Part shown: positions 39,482 to 48,658 of the stretch, in pieces
How positions within the stretch are numbered: position 1 is the first letter of the stretch
How the letters are laid out: each line of letters starts with the position of its first letter
Assembly (NCBI GenBank): GCA_965216755.1
Contig: CBDCGL010000011.1
Location: forward strand, 4,480,001 to 4,544,000
Length of the DNA: 64,000 nucleotides
DNA from: Alphaproteobacteria bacterium
GTDB lineage: Bacteria; Pseudomonadota; Alphaproteobacteria; UBA7887
Direction of reading: 5' to 3'
Notes under the pieces: model-generated
Seen by the model: the letters and a program-made list of their open reading frames with translations, nothing else
Told to the model about the DNA's origin: nothing
The model's database searches: none
Made by a program: the position numbers and the translations under genes

Positions 39482-41299
39482 ATGTTTCGGCGACGCGATA
39501 GACCAGGCGATGGGGGACAACGACGACGGCCGCTGACAGCGGATGGCGCTGAGCCGGTCGTCGACGAAACGCCCCCTGAAGCGCCGGCGCCCGCGCCGCC
39601 GACGCCGGATGCACCGAAGATTGGGAATGACCGATTGGGCTTGATCCAATCGGTTTGCGATTTGGTCTGCTCCCAAATCGGCGAGCGTGTTGATCTGGAT
39701 GATGCGGTCAAGCAATCGCGCGGCAAATTCTCGCACATCGTTGGTGTCGTCGCTGGCGAAGTGCTGGGTGAGACCGGCGTTCAGCTGGAACCGATTGAAC
39801 AGCGTTATTTGGTGACCATGATCATGAAGGAGGTGGCCTCCTTCGTCGAAGAACATGGTGGCGATGCCGATGACGTGCCTGACCTTGACGAAGATCCGAT
39901 GGTCGCGAGCCTCGGACTTGCGGTGCAATCCGCCGACGAAAATGCGCGCAGGAATAGTTCAGCGCCGAAGCCCGCCGCCAAGGCGCAGGCCGGCGACGAC
40001 GGCGATATTATTTCGGCCAGTAAGAACAGCGTCGAAGCGGCCAAAAAAGCAATTCAGCCGGTTTTGCTGGAACGGATCGATGTAACAATCGCCACACAGC
40101 TGCCGCGCGCTGAACTCGCCGAGCAGATCAACGAACTCGTCCAAGAGATCTCCGACGAGTCCAAGATTCAGCTTAACAGCCTAGAGCAACGCAATCTTGT
40201 CACCTCGTTGATCAACGATATGATCGGCTTGGGGCCGCTTGAACCATTGCTGGCTGATCGTTCGGTTACCGACATCATGGTCAACGGCCCCGACAGCGTC
40301 TATGTCGAACGCGCCGGCAAGCTGGATTTGACGGACGTCACATTTATCGACAACACGCACGTTCTCAACGTTGCCACGCGCATTGTGACGGCGGTCGGCC
40401 GGCGCATTGATGAGACCACGCCACTTTGCGATGCGCGCTTGGAAGACGGTAGCCGCGTAAACGTCATCATACCGCCCTTGGCCATCGACGGTCCGTCGAT
40501 CTCGATTCGTAAGTTTGCGGCGAAAAAAATCACACTGGATGTGATGGAGAAGCAACGCAATCTATCGCCGGCGATGGCTAATGTTCTCAAGATTGCTGGG
40601 CGTTGTCGCCTCAACATCATTATTTCCGGCGGTACCGGTTCGGGTAAGACGACAACGCTGAACGCGATTTCGCAACTGATCGAGCCCGGAGAGCGCATTG
40701 TCACGATCGAGGACGCCGCGGAACTTCAGCTTCAGCAGCCGCATGTCGTGCGTTTGGAAACACGACCGGCAAATCTGGAGGGCAAAGGCGAGATCACCAT
40801 GCGTGACTTGCTGCGCAACACACTGCGTATGCGCCCGGATCGCATCATCTTGGGCGAGGTTCGTGGCGCCGAGGTGGTTGACATGCTGCAGGCTATGAAC
40901 ACTGGCCACGATGGTTCGTTGTGTACCATTCACGCCAACAATCCGCGTGAAGGATTGACGCGGCTTGAAAACATGGTTGGCCTAGCGGGTGTCAATCTCT
41001 CGCCAAAAGCGATCCGCACGCAGATCGTTCAAGCGGTCGATCTGATCGTGCAAGTCAGCCGCATGCGCGACGGTGTGCGGCGCGTGACCCACATCACAGA
41101 AGTTGTTGGCCAAGAAGAAGACGTCATTCTCACGCAGGACCTGTTCACCTTCAAATATGAGGGCGAAGGCGACGACAATCGCCTTAAAGGGCAGTACGTG
41201 TCGAGTGGCATTCGACCACATCTGATGACCAAAGCCGAGTATTTTGGTCTGGATCGCGCATTGTTAGAGACGATGTCTTGGGAGTCGGCGGCGGCATGA
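39482..41299 (+). CDS. cpaF: pilus assembly ATPase CpaF/TadA, N-terminally extended
   Basis: [41 protein letters not shown], and MNTGHDG. Confidence 0.96.
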   Translation: MFRRRDRPGDGGQRRRPLTADGAEPVVDETPPEAPAPAPPTPDAPKIGNDRLGLIQSVCDLVCSQIGERVDLDDAVKQSRGKFSHIVGVVAGEVLGETGVQLEPIEQRYLVTMIMKEVASFVEEHGGDADDVPDLDEDPMVASLGLAVQSADENARRNSSAPKPAAKAQAGDDGDIISASKNSVEAAKKAIQPVLLERIDVTIATQLPRAELAEQINELVQEISDESKIQLNSLEQRNLVTSLINDMIGLGPLEPLLADRSVTDIMVNGPDSVYVERAGKLDLTDVTFIDNTHVLNVATRIVTAVGRRIDETTPLCDARLEDGSRVNVIIPPLAIDGPSISIRKFAAKKITLDVMEKQRNLSPAMANVLKIAGRCRLNIIISGGTGSGKTTTLNAISQLIEPGERIVTIEDAAELQLQQPHVVRLETRPANLEGKGEITMRDLLRNTLRMRPDRIILGEVRGAEVVDMLQAMNTGHDGSLCTIHANNPREGLTRLENMVGLAGVNLSPKAIRTQIVQAVDLIVQVSRMRDGVRRVTHITEVVGQEEDVILTQDLFTFKYEGEGDDNRLKGQYVSSGIRPHLMTKAEYFGLDRALLETMSWESAAA

Positions 41300-42306
41300 G
41301 TTCAGATCAATCAATTCTGCTGCTTATCATGGGCGGTAGCGTCATATTCTTCCTATTGTTTGGCATGTTCGGCATCGAGCTGGTGGCTGGCGACGCGCGG
41401 CGCACCCGCAAACGAGTCGAGGGTTTGCGCAATCGCTGGCGGCCGGACGCGTCGGCAGCGGCACAACGCATGGCGGTTAAGGCATCGAGCGTGAAGCGCG
41501 ATACCAACTACAGCGCCAACCCGTTGATCGACCGCGTGCTGCGCCAGGCCATTCCCCGACCGGATCGCCTGCGCGCGCGACTACAGCAAACCGGAAAGGA
41601 CATTACGCTCGGCGTCTATGCGATCATCAATGTCCTAATGTTGATTGCCGCCGGTGGCGGCGCGCATTTCTGGATCGGGCTGTCACCAATCCTATCGGCC
41701 ATGGTCGGTCTTACGATCGGTGTCGGCCTGCCCCATTTCATGATTGGGCGCATGATTGCCAAGCGGCAGAAAAAGTTCTTGGGTCAATTTCCGGAATCGC
41801 TCGACCTGATTGTCCGGGGCTTGAAGTCGGGCCTGCCTGTGACCGAGACGATGGGCATGGTTGCACGCGAAATGCCCGATCCTGTTGGAACCGAGTTTCG
41901 CCGGGTGGCGGACGAAGTTCAATTGGGCCAAACCATGGAGCAAGCCCTGTGGGAGGCCGCCCAGCGTATCGCCGTCCAGGAGATGAAGTTTTTCATCATC
42001 GCACTTTCGATTCAACGGGAAACGGGCGGTAATCTGGCCGAAACACTTGAGAATCTGTCTGATATCTTGCGCCGACGTCGGCAAATGAAGATGAAAATCC
42101 GGGCCATGTCCTCGGAAGCACGTGCCAGTGCCATGATTATTGGTGCTATGCCGTTTATTGTCAGCGGCATCCTTTATTTGGTGAACCGGGATTACGTCAT
42201 GATGCTGGTCACCGATCCGCGTGGCGTGGTCTTGGCGTCCGTCGGATTGACCCTGATGGCGGTTGGCGGTGGTGTGATGGCGAAAATGATTAGGTTCGAC
42301 GTATGA
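41296..42306 (+). CDS. tadB: TadB inner-membrane platform protein
   Basis: FPESLDLIVRGLKSG, IQRETGGNLAETL, and SSEARASA. Confidence 0.94.
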   Translation: MSSDQSILLLIMGGSVIFFLLFGMFGIELVAGDARRTRKRVEGLRNRWRPDASAAAQRMAVKASSVKRDTNYSANPLIDRVLRQAIPRPDRLRARLQQTGKDITLGVYAIINVLMLIAAGGGAHFWIGLSPILSAMVGLTIGVGLPHFMIGRMIAKRQKKFLGQFPESLDLIVRGLKSGLPVTETMGMVAREMPDPVGTEFRRVADEVQLGQTMEQALWEAAQRIAVQEMKFFIIALSIQRETGGNLAETLENLSDILRRRRQMKMKIRAMSSEARASAMIIGAMPFIVSGILYLVNRDYVMMLVTDPRGVVLASVGLTLMAVGGGVMAKMIRFDV

Positions 42307-43277
42307 ACTTTGAACTTTTATTGCCGCCCGGCGTAACCGGGGATGAGGTGATCGCGGTGCTTGCCGGGATTGCCATGTTTATCACGCTGGTGTCACTCTG
42401 GCAGGCACTGATTGCGCGCGACCCGACGGCAGCCCGAGTCCGTGCGATGTCTGAACGCAGCCGAGCCTTGAAATCCCAAGTGTTGGCACCGGTCCATCGC
42501 AAACGACGCGATACAGGGATGGGGTTCGTCCGGCAAGCGGTGACCAGTCTCAAGTTGGTCGGTGGCGAGACGTCGAAACGCGTGACCATTTCGTTGGCGC
42601 GCGCGGGGTTCCGCTCGCGCGACGCGCTGATGCTGTTCATGTTTATGAAGTTTGTGCTGCCGGTTGCGTTCGGAATTGGTGGATTGGTCTTTTTGAGCGG
42701 CCTGAAACTGTTCAGCTTGCCGCCGATGGCCAACACGATCATCTCAGGCATTCTTGTCGTGTTCGGCGTTTTTGCGCCCGATATCTTTGTCAAGAACCGC
42801 GCGGACAAGCGGCGTACGGCGCTGCGCAAATCATTACCCGATGCGATTGACCTGTTGGTCGTTTGTTCGGAGGCAGGCCTAAGCCTGGATGCCGCGTTGG
42901 ATCGCGTGGCGCGCGAGATCGCCGGGCCGTCGCCGGAACTTGCCGACGAGCTCGGCCTGACGGCGGTGGAGCTGCGCTTTCTACCGGAACGCAGAAAGGC
43001 GCTGGAGAACATGGCCGAGCGGACCGGGTTACCCGGCATTCAGGGTTTGATGAACACACTGATCCAGACGGAAAAATACGGCACGCCACTGGCCAATTCG
43101 TTGCGTGTACTGGCTAACGAAATGCGCAATGAACGGCTGATGCGGGCAGAGGAAAAGGCTGCCCGCTTGCCGGCCATTCTGACGGTCCCGATGGTGGTGT
43201 TCATCATGCCGGCCCTATTCATTGTGCTGATAGGGCCGGGCATTCTGAAAACGATCGATGGACTTAGTGGACTCTAG
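42303..43277 (+). CDS. tadC: TadC inner-membrane platform protein
   Basis: LPDAIDLLVVCSEAGLSL, QTEKYGTPL, and AEEKAARLP. Confidence 0.94.
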   Translation: MNFELLLPPGVTGDEVIAVLAGIAMFITLVSLWQALIARDPTAARVRAMSERSRALKSQVLAPVHRKRRDTGMGFVRQAVTSLKLVGGETSKRVTISLARAGFRSRDALMLFMFMKFVLPVAFGIGGLVFLSGLKLFSLPPMANTIISGILVVFGVFAPDIFVKNRADKRRTALRKSLPDAIDLLVVCSEAGLSLDAALDRVAREIAGPSPELADELGLTAVELRFLPERRKALENMAERTGLPGIQGLMNTLIQTEKYGTPLANSLRVLANEMRNERLMRAEEKAARLPAILTVPMVVFIMPALFIVLIGPGILKTIDGLSGL

Positions 43278-43325
43278 ATAATGTCGTTTCGGTATCGAGT
43301 TAGGCAGCGTCTGGCCGGGACCCGC

Positions 43326-44180
43326 TTAGAGCGGATCCACAGCCGTGAAATCGCCGATGCCGACACCGATCGCGTCGGCCTGATTGATCGCCGTGCCGGA
43401 ACCACGCAAGACTTCGTAGTAGCCGAGGTTCTGTTGAACGTCGTCTTCGGCGAGGTCGCGGCGCGCAACCTCTGCCGCTTTCTCGGGTTGGCCGGCAAGC
43501 CCGTAGGCAAGCGCCAGATTTTGGCGATGGCGGGGCGTGGCGTCGGGCCCGGTGGCCAATTCAGACAGCGTTTCAATGGCGGCGTCGTAGTCACCGCTCA
43601 ACGCCAGGGACAGGCCCAAATTGCCACGGACAGACTCGTCATTGGGCGCCAGGGCCATGGCTTGACGGTAGTGCTTTTGCGCTTCGCCAAACTGGCCGGC
43701 TTTATCCCGCGCGACCCCCATGCTGTTCAAGGCGCGCACATCAGCCGGGTTTTTTGCCAACACAACATTCAGCTTTTCGACCGCAAGTTCGGTCTGGTCA
43801 AGCTGAATCAGGGCATTGGCCAGGCCGCGCAAGGCTTGGCTGTTATCTGGCACGAAGTCCAACGCTTCGCGGAAAGTTTCGGCGGCTTCGTTTGGTTGGC
43901 CGATCGCCGCCAACGTTTCTCCCAGGCCGATCAGCGGCACGGGGTCTTGCGGGGCAAAAGCAAGCGCACGGCGATAGAGATTGATGGCCGTTGCGTATTC
44001 ACCGCGGGCGCGCGCGTTGTCCGCAACACGCACTATGGCCGCGGCCGGGCCTTCCACCTGGGCGCCATCTTCGGCGGCTTCGGCGGGTGGCCAAACGTCC
44101 TTGCTGTTCTTCTGGACATGGTTTGTGTACATGTCCGTGCACGCACCCAGCATGAGAGCCAGGACACTGCACGCGATCAT
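43326..44180 (-). CDS. tadD: TPR lipoprotein TadD/CpaO (pilotin-like)
   Basis: LGAC lipobox, TPR repeats, NLGLSLALSG, and RQNLALAYGL. Start uncertain. Confidence 0.85.
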   Translation of the reverse strand: MIACSVLALMLGACTDMYTNHVQKNSKDVWPPAEAAEDGAQVEGPAAAIVRVADNARARGEYATAINLYRRALAFAPQDPVPLIGLGETLAAIGQPNEAAETFREALDFVPDNSQALRGLANALIQLDQTELAVEKLNVVLAKNPADVRALNSMGVARDKAGQFGEAQKHYRQAMALAPNDESVRGNLGLSLALSGDYDAAIETLSELATGPDATPRHRQNLALAYGLAGQPEKAAEVARRDLAEDDVQQNLGYYEVLRGSGTAINQADAIGVGIGDFTAVDPL

Positions 44181-44266
44181 CGGGCGGTCGAAACGGCGGC
44201 TCGACTTTCTCTCATTGGCATCGCCCCGAACGGATTGGTCGGGGCCAAGATCATGGGTACCTTGCA

Positions 44267-44920
44267 ATGCTAACCGTAACGTCACAGATCGTCTCCATAT
44301 TTCGGCAATTTGTCAGAATTGGTTCGCGCCGGAAGTGCTCAGCGAGCGCCGATGGCATAGCAGTGAATGACAATGGCGCTACCATTGTTGAGTTTTCGTT
44401 AATTTTCCCTGTCTTCATGTTCTTTTTCTTGGGCGTGATCGAACTCACGATGGTGTTGTTCGTGTCCGCTCTGTTGGAAGGTGGCTTGCGCGAAGCATCG
44501 CGTGTCGGTGCGACTGGATTCGCACCCGAAGGCAGTGATCGCCTGACCAACATTTTGAATATCATCGAAGACAACACGATTGGGCTTGTCGAGATGAGCG
44601 ATGTCGAACTTGAGACTTTGGTCTACAACAGCTTCGACAGTGTCGGCGCTGGCGAGCAACGGGTCGACGAAGATCCCTGCCCGGAAACCTTGGACGGTGG
44701 CGTTTGCTTTATCGACAGCAACGGCAACGGCCAATTCGATGAAGATTTCGGCGAGCCGGGCCTGGGTGGATCGAACGACATTGTTCTATATCGCCTCAGT
44801 TATGACTGGCCTTCGATCACCGGCTATTTGGGCACGGTGTTTGGGGGCGATGACCAAAAGATTACGCTGGAAGCCGCGGTCGCGGTGCGCAACGAACCCT
44901 TTGGCGCAGCGCAGCAATAA
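44267..44920 (+). CDS. tadE: TadE-like pseudopilin
   Basis: G-ATIVEF prepilin cleavage motif, hydrophobic helix, REASR, and C-terminal RNEPF. Confidence 0.88.
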   Translation: MLTVTSQIVSIFRQFVRIGSRRKCSASADGIAVNDNGATIVEFSLIFPVFMFFFLGVIELTMVLFVSALLEGGLREASRVGATGFAPEGSDRLTNILNIIEDNTIGLVEMSDVELETLVYNSFDSVGAGEQRVDEDPCPETLDGGVCFIDSNGNGQFDEDFGEPGLGGSNDIVLYRLSYDWPSITGYLGTVFGGDDQKITLEAAVAVRNEPFGAAQQ

Positions 44921-44950
44921 TGAGCCACAGCGTGAGGATAGACGTTGACC

Positions 44951-45535
44951 ATGAACACAATTCACACGAAAACGATACCGCATAAGCGGTCCGCGGTCCC
45001 TGCTGCGTTGTGGCGCGACACGCGCGGCGTGGCCTTTATCGAAGTGGCGATTTTTCTGCCTGTGCTGGTCATGCTGACCTTGGGCACGTTGGATCTCGCG
45101 CGCTACATCTTGATCAACCAGCGCATGGATCGGGCGGCCGCGACGCTGGCGGATCTGACCGCGCGAGTCGAAGCTGTGACTGAAACGGACGTCGACCAAA
45201 TCTTCTTCTCTGTTGAACAGGTTGCCCAGCCGTTTGAACTCAACAACGATGGCATTGCCATCCTGTCGTCGGTTGTCGGACAAGGTGGCGCACCGATTAT
45301 CGATTGGCAGCGCTCTGGCGTCGGCACGCTCGGCGAAGCAAGTCGGCTCGGCACAGAAGGTGGCACCGCTGATCTGCCCGATGGGTTCACTGTTGGTGAC
45401 GGTGAGGGCATGGTTGCTGCGGAAATTATCTACAGCTATACGTCGATTTGGTTGTCGGGACTGGTGCCGGCGCGCGAACTGTACTTCCGCACGTTCTTCC
45501 GGCCGCGCCGAAGCTTGACGGTGGAGTTGGAATAG
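44951..45535 (+). CDS. TadE/TadF-like pseudopilin
   Basis: RDTRG-VAFIEVA motif, hydrophobic helix, AATLADL, and C-terminal FRPR. Confidence 0.85.
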   Translation: MNTIHTKTIPHKRSAVPAALWRDTRGVAFIEVAIFLPVLVMLTLGTLDLARYILINQRMDRAAATLADLTARVEAVTETDVDQIFFSVEQVAQPFELNNDGIAILSSVVGQGGAPIIDWQRSGVGTLGEASRLGTEGGTADLPDGFTVGDGEGMVAAEIIYSYTSIWLSGLVPARELYFRTFFRPRRSLTVELE

Positions 45536-45962
45536 GCGCCGGAAAGCGGCGACATCCGAGCGGCGGTGCGGCAACCGCCGCCGCTTCGCCGCGTTACGTT
45601 TGATTGATGTCCCGCCGCGCTGCGCCCGTGCCGCGGCGTTAGCACCCCGTGACACGAAATTCGGTCGTGCCGCGACCATCTCGTGGCCGGCCAAATACGG
45701 GTCCGTTTGCAGTTCATAGGTTCAAACGGACTCGTTGCGGGTGCGAATCAAGTTTGTTTGGTAGGGGCTTGATTTCGTTCTCTATTGCAAATTTTCATAA
45801 TATTCGATAAAAATCCAATTAGTGGTGCACAAACCAATGCCTAAACTTGCTATCGGTCTTGGATGATATTTTTCGGTGGCAGGGCGGCGGCGATGACGAT
45901 TGCGCGCGCATCATGACAACGCTGCTATTGGGATAGATCCATCGAAAAGGACGCCGGACAGC

Positions 45963-46655
45963 ATGCCAGAGACGGGGGCTCTGTACCGATTACTGTCATG
46001 GCTCACACCTTTGTTTCCACTTGAAACAGCCCGCATGGATCAGGGGTTGGAGGATGCCGTCGCGTCCGGCGTTCTGGTGGACCGTGAGACGTTGGTGGCT
46101 TGGAGCCGCGGCATTCTGGAGTATGGCGCTGCGTCGTTTGATGCGGTTGTTTTCGCGGCCGCGTGGCGGGCGGCGCGTCGGTCCGACCTGTCGGCGCTGG
46201 AGAACGTCTGCGACTTTGCGGTCAGTCTTTCTGGTGACGCGCATCGCGCGTTGGACAGTACACAGCAGGGCGACGCCTTTCTTCAGGCCGTGATGCGAAC
46301 TTGGCCCGAGTCCGGCCTCATGCGCACGGTCGACCGGCTGCGAAAGCGTGATCATGTGGTTGCCCATCCGATTGCAGTGGCACTGGTGTGCTACGATTCT
46401 GACGTCGCCCTAGAGCATGGCCTGCTGGCATATTTGCACGCCTACGTATCACACATTGTTCTTAAAGCGCGTCGATTGATCCCACTCGACATTAAAGATG
46501 GACAACGCGCAATCGGCATGCTGGAAATGGACGTGCTGCGTGCTGCCCGTATTGCGCGAACACGTACGCCGGCTGAAATCGGGGCGATCCTCAGTCGACA
46601 ACCCGGCGAGGCGTCAGATCCCGACGACCTGACCGGGCAGCCGTTGCGTCATTAG
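45963..46655 (+). CDS. UreF-like protein, divergent
   Basis: LYRLLSWLTPLFP...GLEDAV, QQGDAF, HPIAVA, AYL, and RLIPL...DGQR match the UreF pattern. The conserved C-terminal tail is missing. Confidence 0.75.
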   Translation: MPETGALYRLLSWLTPLFPLETARMDQGLEDAVASGVLVDRETLVAWSRGILEYGAASFDAVVFAAAWRAARRSDLSALENVCDFAVSLSGDAHRALDSTQQGDAFLQAVMRTWPESGLMRTVDRLRKRDHVVAHPIAVALVCYDSDVALEHGLLAYLHAYVSHIVLKARRLIPLDIKDGQRAIGMLEMDVLRAARIARTRTPAEIGAILSRQPGEASDPDDLTGQPLRH

Positions 46656-46801
46656 GATCAGGTCGGACGACTTTGGCATTGGCCGCCACGCGTGGCACAC
46701 ATATTCTTGGCCCGAGGCTGGTCACATGGCTATTGCGACTCGGCTGAATAACCTTATCGTTCCGACCAACGCGGCCTGTTCGCGCTTTTGATTGTGGGAT
46801 C

Positions 46802-48637
46802 ATGTGTCAATGTGTCGCGAAGAGGTGGAGCCGGTCGTGCCTGGGGCGTATTTATGTGGTGGTTGGCACCATCGTATCCATTGTGACGGCCGGTGGGTTC
46901 GATGGCGTTGTCGACTTGGCTTTGGCGGACTCCGAGTTGTCGACGCCCTATCAGGTCGAGTTTCTTGGCATTGACGACCAAGCGTTGAGGTCGGCCATTC
47001 GGGCGGCCTCGCGTCTGGTCGCGGACCAAGAAAATCCGCCGGCGACCCCGGCGCAGCTGGATCGTCGCGCCCGACGCGATATGGATACGATCGATCAAGT
47101 ACTGGATTCGCGCGGCTATTATGGTGCCAATGCGACATTTGTGATCGACCAGTCAACCGATCCCGCAACCGTGTTCGTCGCGGTGGAGTCGGGTCCCCCA
47201 TACCCGCTGACCTCGTATCACGCGGTGGCGAAGACCGCGGATGGCATCCCGACCGTACCCATTGAGGAATTGGGTTTGATTTTGGGCGCGCCGGCTGAGG
47301 CGGACACGATTCTAGCTGCCGAGCCGGTTCTGCTCGCGAACATCAAAGCGCGTGGATATCCCTTTGCGGAAATTGCCGATCGCGAGGTCATTGTTGACCA
47401 TCTGACACCTTCGGTCACGGTCACCGTGACAATTGAACCGGGACCGCGTTCCCGGTTCGGCGACGTGAACATTATTGGTCTCGATACTGTTAGGGCAGCC
47501 GTTGTCGAGGACAATATTGCATGGACCATGGGCGAGATATATGACGGTGCGCGCGTTTCCGAGACGATACAGAACCTGCGCGAAACGCAGCTCTTCGACT
47601 CGGTTCGGGTCGACCCGCAGCGGCCCTTGCCTGGCCGCGAAGACGCCACCATGCGCATCACACTTAGCGAGCGACCCGCGCGGACGGTGGGCGCCGGTGC
47701 TGGATATGCAACCAGCGAGGGACCGCGCGTCAAGGCCTTTTGGGAGCACCGCAACATTCTGGGCGACAACGAGCGGTTGCGGATTACGGGCCGACTTGCG
47801 CAACTCGCTAGTGGTCTTGATGGCAGGCTGACAATCCCCAAATTTTGGTCGAAAAGACAGGATTTGTTACTGGGGGCTGAGCTGACGCGTGAATCGACGG
47901 ATGCGTTCGACAGCGACAATATTATTGGTAATGTGGCATTGCGACGGCACTTGACCGAAGATGTCACGGTCTCAGGCGGTGCCCAGGTTGAACGATCATT
48001 CTTGACCGAGAATGGCATTGAATCCAAGTTTACGCTGGTGTCATTGCCGCTTGATGCGCAGTACGACACCAGCAACGATCGTTTGCATCCCACCGGTGGG
48101 ACCCGATTGTCCGCGACAGTATCCCCGTATTTGCAAGCGATTGGCAGTGATCTGAGTTTTGTCAGCGTGAGCCTGTCCGGCGCCAACTACTACCAGGTGT
48201 TTGAACAGGATGGCATCGTTCTGGCCGGTCGCTGGCGCGTGGGCTCCATCCTTGGTCTTGACTTCGACGCAATCCCCACCAACAAGCGATTTTTCTCAGG
48301 TGGCGGCGGATCGGTGCGTGGGTACCAATTCCAAGACATCGGGCCGCGCGGTGGCGATGGCGAACCAGCCGGCGGCCGTTCGCTGATTGAACTGGGCGCT
48401 GAGATACGCTTTCGCGTATTCGAGGATTTCGGGATCGTCCCATTTATCGAAGGTGGCCAAGTTTTTGTCGACGAATTGCCGGACGTGCTTAGTGAATTGC
48501 AATGGGGCGCGGGGCTGGGTCTGCGATACTTCACCGCTGTTGGTCCAATTCGCCTCGACGTGGGCTTTCCTATCAACAAACGTTCGGGGATCGATGATCC
48601 GTTTCAGATCTATATCAGCCTTGGCCAGGCGTTCTAG
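46802..48637 (+). CDS. tamA: TamA (Omp85 family)
   Basis: POTRA domains, RFFSGGGGSVRGY, GLGLRYFTAVGPIRLD, and terminal YISLGQAF. Confidence 0.95.
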   Translation: MCQCVAKRWSRSCLGRIYVVVGTIVSIVTAGGFDGVVDLALADSELSTPYQVEFLGIDDQALRSAIRAASRLVADQENPPATPAQLDRRARRDMDTIDQVLDSRGYYGANATFVIDQSTDPATVFVAVESGPPYPLTSYHAVAKTADGIPTVPIEELGLILGAPAEADTILAAEPVLLANIKARGYPFAEIADREVIVDHLTPSVTVTVTIEPGPRSRFGDVNIIGLDTVRAAVVEDNIAWTMGEIYDGARVSETIQNLRETQLFDSVRVDPQRPLPGREDATMRITLSERPARTVGAGAGYATSEGPRVKAFWEHRNILGDNERLRITGRLAQLASGLDGRLTIPKFWSKRQDLLLGAELTRESTDAFDSDNIIGNVALRRHLTEDVTVSGGAQVERSFLTENGIESKFTLVSLPLDAQYDTSNDRLHPTGGTRLSATVSPYLQAIGSDLSFVSVSLSGANYYQVFEQDGIVLAGRWRVGSILGLDFDAIPTNKRFFSGGGGSVRGYQFQDIGPRGGDGEPAGGRSLIELGAEIRFRVFEDFGIVPFIEGGQVFVDELPDVLSELQWGAGLGLRYFTAVGPIRLDVGFPINKRSGIDDPFQIYISLGQAF

Positions 48638-48658
48638 GCTCTGGGTAGGCTAGCCGCC

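Noticed and set aside
43281-44273. 330-aa plus-strand ORF inside the otherwise plus-strand tad cluster
   Set aside because: Antisense shadow of the minus-strand TadD gene, which has a lipobox and TPR motifs; the shadow has no recognisable motifs.
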